Positions 9,126 through 18,539 of a DNA stretch of 64,000 nucleotides are shown here, one piece after another. The DNA lies in assembly GCA_964510435.1 (NCBI GenBank), contig CAZEBU010000001.1, positions 144,791-208,790 on the forward strand. The letters run 5' to 3'. Positions within the stretch are counted from its first letter, which is position 1, and every line of letters starts with the position of its first letter. A program made the translations under genes and the position numbers. Source of the stretch: an uncultured Candidatus Saccharibacteria bacterium (GTDB taxonomy: Bacteria > Patescibacteriota > WWE3 > UBA101185 > UBA10185). The notes under the pieces were generated by a model, which saw nothing but the letters and a program-made list of their open reading frames with translations, was not told the DNA's origin and did no database searches.

Positions 9126-9762
9126 ACTCCCCGATCTTCTTATCAAAGCCGGTTCTGCGCTCATCCTGGCTGCCGGGGTTTTTTTTGTGGTAGCTTTTTA
9201 TCCCAGCATCGTTTCGGAGACAAAATATCTTTTCCTCAAGCCAAATGAAGATGCTAAGATCATCGTCGATCCAAACCCTAATTTAGATAATAAAACAAGA
9301 GAAAAGTACTACATCAAGCCGGCCGATCCCGAATTTGGACTGGTTATACCTAAGATAGGTGCTAATTCTAAGGTTGTACCCAATGTAAATGCCTACGATC
9401 CTAAAATATATCAACAAGCGTTAACCAAGGGTGTAGCTCATGCGGAAGGTACTGTTTTCCCCGGGCAAATTGGTAACATTTTTGTTTTTTCCCACTCCTC
9501 CAGCAATTTCTACGAGGCAAACAAGTATAATTCTGTTTTTTATCTTCTTAGAAAACTAAACGCTGACGACTTTTTCTATTTTACTTATCAAGGGAAAGTG
9601 TATAAGTACAAGGTAAGAGAGACGAAAATAGTTGAACCAGAAGAAGTTGAGTACTTAACACAGACAACAAGCAAAAAACAAGCCACTCTTATGACCTGCT
9701 GGCCTCCGGGAACTACTCTAAAAAGACTCTTGGTCGTTGGGGAGCTAGTGGAACAGAATTAG
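9100..9762 (+). CDS. Sortase
   Basis: GNIFVFSHS, TLMTCWPPG, RLLVVG. Confidence 0.9.
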   Translation: MLERNLKGRLPDLLIKAGSALILAAGVFFVVAFYPSIVSETKYLFLKPNEDAKIIVDPNPNLDNKTREKYYIKPADPEFGLVIPKIGANSKVVPNVNAYDPKIYQQALTKGVAHAEGTVFPGQIGNIFVFSHSSSNFYEANKYNSVFYLLRKLNADDFFYFTYQGKVYKYKVRETKIVEPEEVEYLTQTTSKKQATLMTCWPPGTTLKRLLVVGELVEQN

Positions 9763-9851
9763 CTCAATCCAGCGACGGCAAAAACAAACACCAGCAAGGA
9801 AGCCACTAGTATGAGGTATATGAACATGGATAATCCCTTTTGATTATGCAT
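9759..9851 (-). CDS. 30-aa membrane peptide with prepilin-like N-terminus (not in ORF track)
   Basis: MHNQKGLSMFIYLILVASLLVFVFAVAGLS; TATAAT 6 nt upstream of ATG. Confidence 0.5.
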   Translation of the reverse strand: MHNQKGLSMFIYLILVASLLVFVFAVAGLS

Positions 9852-9867
9852 ATTTGTATTATACGCG

Positions 9868-9906
9868 AAAAAAAGAGCCGATACTCATAGTTTTATGAGC
9901 CGGCTC
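9868..9906 (-). terminator. Intrinsic terminator
   Basis: GAGCCG..CTCATA-loop-TATGAG..CGGCTC with U tract on the minus strand. Confidence 0.7.
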
Positions 9907-9928
9907 TGGCTCGTTGGAAACGCAGCGG

Positions 9929-10330
9929 TCATGATACGATCTGGGGTAGCAGAGAAGGAACAGGTTCTCCTATTTCAACGAAGATCTCACCACTCTCTTC
10001 CGTTCTCGCTATCATGATTTCACTGAGCAACTGCCTGATGATGATCTCTAGGTCAAAAGGTGCCTGCTCATTGTCCGGTCCGTTCTTAGATTCCTCAAGA
10101 AGGTTCGAGAATATCCTACACAACCTGGAAGCAGAATCTCCTCCTACAAATAACAAAGGAGCAACAACCGAACAAACAGCCGCCAAAATATCTTTTTCAC
10201 TCACAAATCCTGGTGGTCTACCCTCCTCATACGCCACAATGGTCCTCAAATCTTTGATCAGATCTCCCCAGGCGTACTGCCATTTTGCGTATAACCATAT
10301 ATGCCTATAAGGAGCGGAGTTCCCTCCCAT
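9929..10330 (-). CDS. Hypothetical protein (solo accessory gene)
   Basis: 133-aa ORF with its own promoter, purine-rich leader and terminator. Confidence 0.6.
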   Translation of the reverse strand: MGGNSAPYRHIWLYAKWQYAWGDLIKDLRTIVAYEEGRPPGFVSEKDILAAVCSVVAPLLFVGGDSASRLCRIFSNLLEESKNGPDNEQAPFDLEIIIRQLLSEIMIARTEESGEIFVEIGEPVPSLLPQIVS

Positions 10331-10374
10331 GGGTTTTCCCCTTTCTTTGATTTTCTTTGATGGCTTTTCGTCTC

Positions 10375-10402
10375 ATTATACAACGCACAGGGAAACAGTC
10401 AA
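10375..10402 (-). promoter_or_regulatory. Sigma70 promoter
   Basis: TTGACT-16 nt-TATAAT on the minus strand. Confidence 0.65.
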
Positions 10403-10472
10403 GCTATAGGTTTATTTATCTGATCTAATTGTATTGACGCCCAAGAACTAATAGTTTAATATACTGGCTGTC

Positions 10473-10625
10473 ATGCCTAAAAGAAGTTGGCAACCAAAAA
10501 AGAAAAAACGATTAAGAAAACATGGTTTTTTAAAAAGAATGCACACTCCTGGTGGTAAAAGAATTATCAAAAGAAGAAGAGATAAAAAAAGAAAAAGGTT
10601 AGCTGCCGTTATTAGTAGTAAATAA
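10473..10625 (+). CDS. rpmH: 50S ribosomal protein L34 (not in ORF track)
   Basis: [50 protein letters not shown], directly upstream of rnpA. Confidence 0.97.
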   Translation: MPKRSWQPKKKKRLRKHGFLKRMHTPGGKRIIKRRRDKKRKRLAAVISSK

Positions 10626-10632
10626 AACATCA

Positions 10633-10977
10633 ATGCTAAAAAAACAAAACCGCCTCTCCACTAAATTTGAATTTAATGTCACGAGAAAACACGGTATAAA
10701 AAAGACCTATGACTATTTTCATTTATTTTACCTAAAACCTAACAATTACGAAGGTTCGGTTAAGATCGGTATTGTCATCCCCAATAAGTTCCATAAAAAT
10801 GCCGTAACGAGAAATAGAATTAAAAGGGTATTTAGAGAATTAATTAGAGGAAATATCAAAAAGCTACCCGATAACACCTGGCTGGTATTCCATCCAAAAG
10901 TAGAAAGTATTAAAGCAAGCCATGAAAAAATTAGCACTGATATTAATAAGGCTCTATCAGAAATTTCTCTCTCCTGA
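10633..10977 (+). CDS. rnpA: Ribonuclease P protein component
   Basis: KNAVTRNRIKR (RNR motif); synteny. Confidence 0.95.
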   Translation: MLKKQNRLSTKFEFNVTRKHGIKKTYDYFHLFYLKPNNYEGSVKIGIVIPNKFHKNAVTRNRIKRVFRELIRGNIKKLPDNTWLVFHPKVESIKASHEKISTDINKALSEISLS

Positions 10978-11137
10978 AAACTTTGGTTTTCAAGTATGTA
11001 GATTCGAACCGAGTTGTTCAAGATACACCTATAAGGCTGTTGAGAAATATGGTTTATTAAAAGGAGGACTGATGGGACTATACAGAGTTGTAAGATGCAA
11101 CCCCTTTAACAAAGGTGGATCAGACCCCTTGCTTTAA
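10922..11137 (+). CDS. yidD: Membrane protein insertion efficiency factor
   Basis: CRFEPSCSRY...RCNPF..GG.DP. Confidence 0.95.
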   Translation: MKKLALILIRLYQKFLSPENFGFQVCRFEPSCSRYTYKAVEKYGLLKGGLMGLYRVVRCNPFNKGGSDPLL

Positions 11138-11173
11138 CCAACACACTCTGGCAAAATAACACCTGTTGTCATT

Positions 11174-11947
11174 ATGCTATTAGAACTATACCAAACAATA
11201 TTAGTCAACCCCATATTCAATACCCTAGCCTTGGTATTTCTGTTAACAAATAGTTTGGGTTTTTCCATTATTGGCCTCACCATTGTAGTTAAGACCATAT
11301 CCATTCCGGCTATGCTGCCTTCACTAAGATCGATAAAAAAGCAAAGAAATTTACAACCTCAATTAGACAAGCTCAAAAAAAAATATAAGTACGATAAAAA
11401 GAAACAAGCCGAGCTGCAGATGCAGCTTTTCAAGGAACACGGCATTAATCCTGCCTCCGGTTGTTACAGCATGATCATTACCATACTGATCTTTACTGCT
11501 CTGTATTCCGTGATCAGACAAATAACTCAAGTGGCCGACATTTCCGAAATTAACGCACACCTATACTTTGATTTCCTCAAGTTCACCTCACTAGAGCAGC
11601 TCTCCACAAAGTTTTTCTATCTGGATCTGGCCACACCCGACCCCTACTTTATTATGGCTATACTGGCCGGTGTAACACAATTCATATTGGCAAAAATGAC
11701 CATGCCCTACGTGGAACAAGGTGTTAAAGCCGCTAAAAAAACTCCTGACAAGAAAGATGATTTTGCGTATAATATGCAGAAGCAGTCCATGTACATCATG
11801 CCTGGTATGATGGCTCTGTTGGGATTGAGTCTGCCCTCCGGTGTGATCATGTACATAATCACATCAACCATCTTTTCAGTTGTGCAAAATTATTTTATAA
11901 ATGGATGGGGAGGATTACAGCCCTTAATTAATAAGATAAAAAAGTAA
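11174..11947 (+). CDS. yidC: YidC/Oxa1 membrane insertase
   Basis: LQPQLDKLKKKY, GINPASGC, PDPYFI, LPSGVIMY; synteny. Confidence 0.95.
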   Translation: MLLELYQTILVNPIFNTLALVFLLTNSLGFSIIGLTIVVKTISIPAMLPSLRSIKKQRNLQPQLDKLKKKYKYDKKKQAELQMQLFKEHGINPASGCYSMIITILIFTALYSVIRQITQVADISEINAHLYFDFLKFTSLEQLSTKFFYLDLATPDPYFIMAILAGVTQFILAKMTMPYVEQGVKAAKKTPDKKDDFAYNMQKQSMYIMPGMMALLGLSLPSGVIMYIITSTIFSVVQNYFINGWGGLQPLINKIKK

Positions 11948-11948
11948 G

Positions 11949-12392
11949 ATGTCCAAAGAAGCAATAGATAAACATTTGAAAACACTCTTGGGCTATATTG
12001 ACATTGCGCCCGAAGTAACCATTGAGGAAGATGGGGAAGCCTTCAGGATCGATATCCATGGGGACGACCTGAATTTCCTGATCGGCTACAGAGGTGAGTC
12101 TCTGGATGCTTTGCAGTATATTCTCAGCCACGCCGTTTACAAGGACACCAGCAATTGGATACCTCTCACTCTGGATATCAATGGCTATAGAAAACAAAAA
12201 TTAGAAAAGCTGGAGGAAATGGTCATGGCGATCGTCGATAGAGTAAGATTCCATCAAAAAGAGATCAAACTGCCGCCGCTTTCTCCTTTCGAAAGAAGAC
12301 ATATTCACTTGTTTATTGAGGAGTACGTTGATGTAAATAGCGAAAGCAGAGGAGAAGGAAGACAACGAAGATTGTTTCTCATACCTAAATAA
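11949..12392 (+). CDS. jag: Jag/KhpB RNA-binding protein (KH + R3H)
   Basis: LIGYRGESLDALQ, ERRHIH, SESRGEG. Confidence 0.9.
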   Translation: MSKEAIDKHLKTLLGYIDIAPEVTIEEDGEAFRIDIHGDDLNFLIGYRGESLDALQYILSHAVYKDTSNWIPLTLDINGYRKQKLEKLEEMVMAIVDRVRFHQKEIKLPPLSPFERRHIHLFIEEYVDVNSESRGEGRQRRLFLIPK

Positions 12393-13507
12393 TGAAGTTT
12401 ACATGCCTGCAAGAAAACCTAACCGACGCATTAACAAAAGTGTATCGCGCCGTACCTACAAAAAGTGAGCTGCCTATTCTCTCCAATATCTTGATCTCTG
12501 CTGAAGACAACCGGCTAAAGATCTCGGCCACTAATTTGTCAACCACTATTGTCACTCACGTAGGCGCCTCTATCGAAGAGGAAGGTGCTATAACCATCCC
12601 GGCTAAAATGCTCAGAGACTACATCGCTAACTTAAGTTCATCTTCCCTAGAAGCTTTTTTAAAAGAAGATATCCTACATGTCAATTCAGAGGCCACCAAA
12701 TCAAGATTTAACGGTGTATCAGCAGAAGATTATCCTGATCTTCCCGAAGAAAACAGCGAGCTAAAAACATTGGAAATTAATGCACAGAAATTTTATGAGG
12801 CCATATCTTCTGTGTCTTTTTGCGCTTCCATTGATGATAGTAGACCGATCTTCACAGGAGTGTATTTTGACTGTGACGGCAAACAGATCACTATTGCCGC
12901 TTCCGACGGGTTTAGATTGTCAGAAGCAAAAATCACTCCGGAAAATAAACCGGGTAAGTTTAGGGTTATTATCCCGGCAAAAACTTTAACCGACTTGGCG
13001 AGAGTTTTTTCGGATCGGGAAGAAAGTATTAAACTCACCTTGGATACAAGAGACAACTTAGCAATTTTTAAACAAGGAGACACCTTAATAGCCACCAGGA
13101 TACTTGACGGTGAATACCCGGATTATACAAAAATCATTCCGGAAGAGACCTCAACGATAGTAGAATTATCCACCAACGAGTTTTTAGAAGCCGTAAAGCT
13201 AACCGATATATTTGCCAAAGAAGCAGATAGCGCTTTGGTCATGAAAATTGACCCCAAAGGTTTTGTTGAGTTGGTAGCTACCGCCCAAGAATCCGGAGAG
13301 CATAAACACAAAATAAAAACGGGTGTAGAAGCAAAAGAAAAACTGGAAATAGGTTTTAACTCAAAATTTTTACTTGATTTCCTAAACAATGTTAAGTCGG
13401 AAAGGATATCCATAAGCACTAACGGAAATTCGGCTCCTTGCATTTTTAAGGCCGTAGATAAGGAAAACTACTTACATATCATTATGCCTATGCAGATCAA
13501 TGGCTAA
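12392..13507 (+). CDS. dnaN: DNA polymerase III beta clamp
   Basis: LPILSNILI, SDGFRL, GEYPDY, IIMPM; 371 aa. Confidence 0.97.
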   Translation: MKFTCLQENLTDALTKVYRAVPTKSELPILSNILISAEDNRLKISATNLSTTIVTHVGASIEEEGAITIPAKMLRDYIANLSSSSLEAFLKEDILHVNSEATKSRFNGVSAEDYPDLPEENSELKTLEINAQKFYEAISSVSFCASIDDSRPIFTGVYFDCDGKQITIAASDGFRLSEAKITPENKPGKFRVIIPAKTLTDLARVFSDREESIKLTLDTRDNLAIFKQGDTLIATRILDGEYPDYTKIIPEETSTIVELSTNEFLEAVKLTDIFAKEADSALVMKIDPKGFVELVATAQESGEHKHKIKTGVEAKEKLEIGFNSKFLLDFLNNVKSERISISTNGNSAPCIFKAVDKENYLHIIMPMQING

Positions 13508-13508
13508 T

Positions 13509-16181
13509 TCAGCTGATATCTCCTGAGCTTTTTTCGTCACCACTAATAGTGAACGTGCCTCCCTCTACACTTGGTTTTTCAGATCTGGGAGGAAGCGGCA
13601 TGGTAGGAACGTTATCATGCTTATTCACTACCTGGGAACCTTGATCTCCCTGCTCCTCTTTTTGAGGAGGAGATGGAGGAGGAGAAGGAGGAGGAGGAAC
13701 ATCCTCTATAATATTATTAGTAGGTTCATGCTTATCTTTGCTCCGTCCGAATAAACTTCCTATGCTTGCTCCGATCTTTTTCACGGCACTCCCTGCCATT
13801 TTAGGAGCATCTTTTGCGTCGCCTTGATTGATAGCACCCGGTTTTTTGATCTCCGTGGTTGCCTCCTCGCTCTGCTTTTTTTGATCGTCAAGTACAGCCT
13901 GCATACCACCACTTGCTTCTTCTTTACCTTTATCCTTTTCTTCTACACCGTCTCCTAAGACTTGAACTTTTACATCCGGTTCGTCCGCCGGCTTAGACTC
14001 AAGCACCTTTTCACCAACTGGCCCTTTCTTTTCTTCCTCTTCCTGCGGGGGAGGGGGCGAAGGTGGTGCTGGCGGTGCAGGCGGCGCCACAGGCTCCGGA
14101 GGAGGAGGTGGAGGCGTCGGTGGTGCCGCGGCGGGCTCCGGCGGCGAAGATACCTCCGGTGACGGCTGTTGTGGGGGAAGTGTTACTGGCGAGCCATCTT
14201 TCTTGTCATCCTTCCATCCGGGAATGGTTACCCCGGAATCCGACTGTGGTTGCGGTACCGGTTCTTTAATTGGAACCTCAGGTTTAGGCTTGTCCGAATC
14301 AAAACTGGTGATAGGTTTGTAAACAGGTCTTTTTTCTGGCGGCTTTATTAATCCTTCTTCCCTAAGCCTCAGCAATTCCTCAGGATCGGTGGTAATCAGT
14401 TTATGCTCTGACTGAGAAGCTTTGATTTTCATGGCAACGTGGTTTGTACCGGCAAAAAAGAGTCCTTCACCAATATCGGCGGCCAGTAATAACCTTCTTT
14501 CTCCTTCTGAGAGGTAAAATATTTCTGATACACGATCAATGGCGGCGGGGTGTTGTTTTAAAAGTATCTGAATCGAGGAATTTGTCACAATAGCCTTTCC
14601 ATAGTCAGAACTTAAAAAGTCGTCAACATCCTGAGAGATGGTAGTCAATCCTAAATAATACTTGCGCGCTCTCTTGGCTATCCCGTAAATAAATCTGGCA
14701 CTATCTTCGTTTTGCATCAAAACCCAAGCCTCCTCTACGATGAGGATCCTTTTCTTTAGATCGCGGCGGATCTTCGTCCAAATGTAATCAAGAATAATGT
14801 AGAAAGCTACCGGTCTTAATACCTCATCTTCAATATTCTTGGTGGAAAAGACGGTCATCTTATTGTCGATATCAACTGTCGACTGAGAATCAAAAATACC
14901 TGCCATAGATCCTCGAATATATTTTTCCAGCCTGTCCGACATACCCTTTGCTTCACTTTCCTGAGCGCCTAACAGAACCTTGTACAGATCCTCCATTATG
15001 GGGGGTTCCCTTTGCATCTGCGTCTCAGGATCAGTGGTAATACCTTTAATTCTGTAGGTCTCTATCAAAGCTCTGTCCAAAATGGCCTCTTCGGTAGGAT
15101 TTAGCTCTCCTAGCATTAACTTAAGCAGAGTATGTAGGGACAACAACTTTTGCCCAAGCTCGTTTTCACCTTCAACAACTACGCCGGACAAGTCAAAGGG
15201 GTTTATCTTATGATCCGAGCTGGGTGAAAAGTCAATATAATTGCCACCTACTGCTTCACACAAAAGCCGGTATTCCTCCTCGGGGTCAATGATCATCACT
15301 TCAGCTCCGAAGATCATTAAACGCAGAGCCTCTAATTTTACATAATAAGATTTACCTGCTCCGGATTTAGCAAAAATAACGGAATTAGCATTTTCCATTG
15401 AAAACCTATCAAAGATGACCAATGAGCCGTTATGCATATTTATGCCGTACATCACTCCTTCATCAGAGGTTAGATCAGAAGAAGTAAAGGGAAAGGTAGT
15501 CGCCAAACTTGTCGTATCCATATTTCTGGTAATGAGTAACTTATCCGAGGCCATAGGCAAGGTTGATTGAAATGCTTCTTCCATTTGCAGGGTGGCAGGT
15601 TTAGAAATTAATAGCAGTGAGCCTAAGGTAGATTCCAATCTACTAGTGACCGTTTCCAGTTCTTCGAGTGAGTCTGTCGTAATGGTAATATAAAAAGAAA
15701 ATTGGAAATACTTCTCTACACCTTTAACTAACTGCTCTTGTAGGGCTTGTGCGTCTTCCAAAGCGGCGCGTACAACAGGGTCCGTCACCCTCCCCTTTTC
15801 TCTATCAGATAGTTCGGTGGCCTCCAACTCGGTGATCTTCCTTCGCAAATCATCCAAGATCATTTTTGCTTTCACGGGATAGTAGAACATGGATAGATCC
15901 AAGGAGTGGTCAAAATTAATGATGGGAGAAAGCCAGTTAGCACCTACGAACCTGGGATATCCCGAGATAAATATTGTTCGATAATAATTATTACCGATCT
16001 TTAAATGATTAAAATCCACCTCTATGGCAGAGGGGGCAATAATATCTCTAACATTAAGCATACCCTCCGCGAGGATACTAGCTGCCGTTTTGCCCGTTTC
16101 TTTGCCCGTTTCTTGAGGCTGTGCAGAAGTAGAAGGAGATTCCTGCTTTTTCTTTTTTCCAAACATTTTAAATAAGTTCAT
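13509..16181 (-). CDS. VirB4-family ATPase with Pro-rich C-terminal tail
   Basis: AKSGAGKS Walker A, IIDPEEEY, VEEAW Walker B, KRARKY, TTISQ. Confidence 0.9.
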   Translation of the reverse strand: MNLFKMFGKKKKQESPSTSAQPQETGKETGKTAASILAEGMLNVRDIIAPSAIEVDFNHLKIGNNYYRTIFISGYPRFVGANWLSPIINFDHSLDLSMFYYPVKAKMILDDLRRKITELEATELSDREKGRVTDPVVRAALEDAQALQEQLVKGVEKYFQFSFYITITTDSLEELETVTSRLESTLGSLLLISKPATLQMEEAFQSTLPMASDKLLITRNMDTTSLATTFPFTSSDLTSDEGVMYGINMHNGSLVIFDRFSMENANSVIFAKSGAGKSYYVKLEALRLMIFGAEVMIIDPEEEYRLLCEAVGGNYIDFSPSSDHKINPFDLSGVVVEGENELGQKLLSLHTLLKLMLGELNPTEEAILDRALIETYRIKGITTDPETQMQREPPIMEDLYKVLLGAQESEAKGMSDRLEKYIRGSMAGIFDSQSTVDIDNKMTVFSTKNIEDEVLRPVAFYIILDYIWTKIRRDLKKRILIVEEAWVLMQNEDSARFIYGIAKRARKYYLGLTTISQDVDDFLSSDYGKAIVTNSSIQILLKQHPAAIDRVSEIFYLSEGERRLLLAADIGEGLFFAGTNHVAMKIKASQSEHKLITTDPEELLRLREEGLIKPPEKRPVYKPITSFDSDKPKPEVPIKEPVPQPQSDSGVTIPGWKDDKKDGSPVTLPPQQPSPEVSSPPEPAAAPPTPPPPPPEPVAPPAPPAPPSPPPPQEEEEKKGPVGEKVLESKPADEPDVKVQVLGDGVEEKDKGKEEASGGMQAVLDDQKKQSEEATTEIKKPGAINQGDAKDAPKMAGSAVKKIGASIGSLFGRSKDKHEPTNNIIEDVPPPPSPPPSPPQKEEQGDQGSQVVNKHDNVPTMPLPPRSEKPSVEGGTFTISGDEKSSGDIS

Positions 16182-16182
16182 A

Positions 16183-16884
16183 TTATTCTTCCACTATAGC
16201 CGGGTTGACCACAGCCGTTTTATAATCTTCTATGTTTGTACGAATTCTCTGTCCATGCACTGAGCTGGGATTATAAATATCAAAATATAACTCAACTAAT
16301 TCCTGGGTGGTCATCTGCCTGGCTCGGACACCTATACGGTTGAATTCCTTTATCATGTGATCGAGTTTGGGGTAGAGTTTAATTTCAGCCTCTTTTAAAG
16401 CTTTGTCAACATTAACTGCGACTCTCTTGTGATGTTTACCAAAGAGTTTAATAAAAAAATCAAAAGGACCGGATCCCGGTTCTCGTTCTGACGTTGCCCC
16501 AGAAGGTACAACAACATAAAAGTTTTTGTCCAATACTTCGTTGTTCTTAATGGTATCCTGCACAAACTTCCTGTAGGACTCAGCCTGCATTTTCAACAAC
16601 GGGTCTTCGATCCTCTGTTCCACCCTGTGTACCTTCTCAATATACTTTGTTATATCCAGTCTCTTGGATCTTATGACCACCTGAACAGGGAAGGTTATAG
16701 AGTTTAACAACATAGAAAAAGCCGCAATAGTGGCATCTTGTTCAATTTCGGATAAAAGATCAAAATTTACCGCGGTGGTTTGCAAAACTCCACATACTGT
16801 ACCGCTTTTTAGGATAACGAGATCGTTTTTAATTTCTTGAACGTCTAAATGTTCTTGTGTACTGGCAGTTATATTTGTAGCCAT
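16183..16884 (-). CDS. Conserved T4SS-associated protein
   Basis: AVNFDLLSEIEQ...LNSITFPVQ..IRS; lies between PrgI-like and VirB4 genes. Confidence 0.7.
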   Translation of the reverse strand: MATNITASTQEHLDVQEIKNDLVILKSGTVCGVLQTTAVNFDLLSEIEQDATIAAFSMLLNSITFPVQVVIRSKRLDITKYIEKVHRVEQRIEDPLLKMQAESYRKFVQDTIKNNEVLDKNFYVVVPSGATSEREPGSGPFDFFIKLFGKHHKRVAVNVDKALKEAEIKLYPKLDHMIKEFNRIGVRARQMTTQELVELYFDIYNPSSVHGQRIRTNIEDYKTAVVNPAIVEE

Positions 16885-16887
16885 GAC

Positions 16888-18468
16888 TTAAACCAACCTT
16901 CCAATAATTTCTATTGGGGGCAGGACTTCCCCCTTAACCTCTACAGTGATTATATCAAAGGTTAAACCTTCTACGCTTGAGCCAACCTCTAGAGTGTACA
17001 TACCTTTCACTAAAGAGGTGCTAATAGCAAACTGCCCGATGGTGTTGGTTTTTAGCGCCCTTACGGATTCGCCTTTGTGGTTTTTAATGAGCAAAACAAC
17101 TCCGGTGATGGCTTCTCCATCTTGGTTCTTCACCACCCCGGAAACTATATTAGGCTCTTCGGTAATAGGTTGCATTTTTGCGTAGGTGGGTTTTTTAGGT
17201 TGTGTGTCTTCGGGAAGCGGTTCTTCTTTTTCCTTAAGACGATTCTGCAACTCGTGGACCTGTTTTTGCAAAGTTGTATAGTCGGTGTTAGCTCGTTTCT
17301 GCTCTTCCTCAAGTTTTCTAATTAATTCAATTTTCTTTTGTTTCTCCTCATCCGAAGCCTGCGATTCATCAAGTTCCCTCTTGAGTTTTTCGATCTCGTT
17401 GGTCATCTTCTCGTTTTCTTCTTTTACCTTCCTAACTACATCTTGTGCTTCGGAGATGTCTTTCTTCTCATCCGGAACCGACAGCGGAACAACTCCAAAT
17501 TCATTATCTCCCCTTATCTGGTCCAGCAGTTTTCTCAGCTGGTCAGTTTTCTCATCAATATCCTTTTGAATATCCATTTCTTCGCTCGTTTGTAAAACTT
17601 TCTCGCCTCTTACAGGCAAAATAAGCTGTCCTTCAGAGGGAAGCATACTGGTAAACTTTCGGCCAATATGCATATCCGGGGTAATCGGAGATACAGTGAA
17701 TGTGTCCGGAAACGGCATGGCAGGTAGTGGTTTGGGTTTTGGCTTTCTCCTCTTTTTCTTTTCTTTAGGTTTTGCCGGCACTTCCAAGGTGGGCTTTGCC
17801 AGAGGAGGTATCTCCTCCTGAGGTTTTTCAACTTCCTTAACCGGCTCCTCAGGTTTTGTCTCTTCCATTGGTGCTTCCTCCTCCGCTTTTTCTTTTTCGG
17901 GCAACTCATACTCAACGTATTCTTCGGCATATTCCTCTTCCTCTGCGACTTCAACAGCGGTGGCAACAGGAGCAAAGGCTTGTCTCACTTTAAGAATGTA
18001 CTCCTTTTCGGGTATATCAAGCTTATCCTCAACTTGCGTCTGCTGTTGCAGTTCCAAATACTCTTCTAATTTCCTTCTGCTAGAAGTAGGTGCTAAAGTG
18101 ATAAGTTCTTGCTTGACCATAGCAATATTCTGATAAGTGAAGGCGGCCGGTAAAACGGGATCTTTTTTCCAAACTCTTTGCGTAGGTGAGTAGACACTTC
18201 TGAAAAAGTTGACGAACCATTCGTCCATACCTCTTTCCTGTATAGGGACAAATGCCAAGGCCAACCCTGCTAAAACAAAGGATATAGATACAGGATACCT
18301 AAAAACACCCACCAGGGAGATGTAAGCAAGATAAGAAATGATCCCTGCGACCAACAAATAAGTAAACTGGCGCATGGTTAGGTCACCGATCAACTTAAAT
18401 TCAACATCCATTATATTTTGCGGGACTGCGTGTTGTTTATGAGTTTTTTGTGCTTCTCTTATGGGCAT
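16888..18468 (-). CDS. PrgI-family protein with coiled coil and C-terminal beta-sandwich
   Basis: QHAVPQNI...FKLIGDLTMRQF + 2 TMs; C-terminal carboxypeptidase-regulatory-like domain. Confidence 0.8.
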   Translation of the reverse strand: MPIREAQKTHKQHAVPQNIMDVEFKLIGDLTMRQFTYLLVAGIISYLAYISLVGVFRYPVSISFVLAGLALAFVPIQERGMDEWFVNFFRSVYSPTQRVWKKDPVLPAAFTYQNIAMVKQELITLAPTSSRRKLEEYLELQQQTQVEDKLDIPEKEYILKVRQAFAPVATAVEVAEEEEYAEEYVEYELPEKEKAEEEAPMEETKPEEPVKEVEKPQEEIPPLAKPTLEVPAKPKEKKKRRKPKPKPLPAMPFPDTFTVSPITPDMHIGRKFTSMLPSEGQLILPVRGEKVLQTSEEMDIQKDIDEKTDQLRKLLDQIRGDNEFGVVPLSVPDEKKDISEAQDVVRKVKEENEKMTNEIEKLKRELDESQASDEEKQKKIELIRKLEEEQKRANTDYTTLQKQVHELQNRLKEKEEPLPEDTQPKKPTYAKMQPITEEPNIVSGVVKNQDGEAITGVVLLIKNHKGESVRALKTNTIGQFAISTSLVKGMYTLEVGSSVEGLTFDIITVEVKGEVLPPIEIIGRLV

Positions 18469-18539
18469 GTGTCTTTTTATATTATACCTATTCCCGTGAA
18501 TAAAGTGAGCGGGATCAAGGTTCTAGCGAAGCTAGGTTC

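Noticed and set aside
10330-10472. oriC upstream of rpmH
   Set aside because: No DnaA-box cluster or dnaA seen; the region is explained by divergent promoters
10448-10633. 61-aa minus-strand ORF
   Set aside because: Antisense shadow of rpmH
13660-14160. GGA/GGC-rich repeats as a DNA repeat element
   Set aside because: They encode the poly-Pro tail of VirB4
13509-18468. Integrative conjugative element
   Set aside because: No relaxase, integrase or att repeats; flanked by core genes
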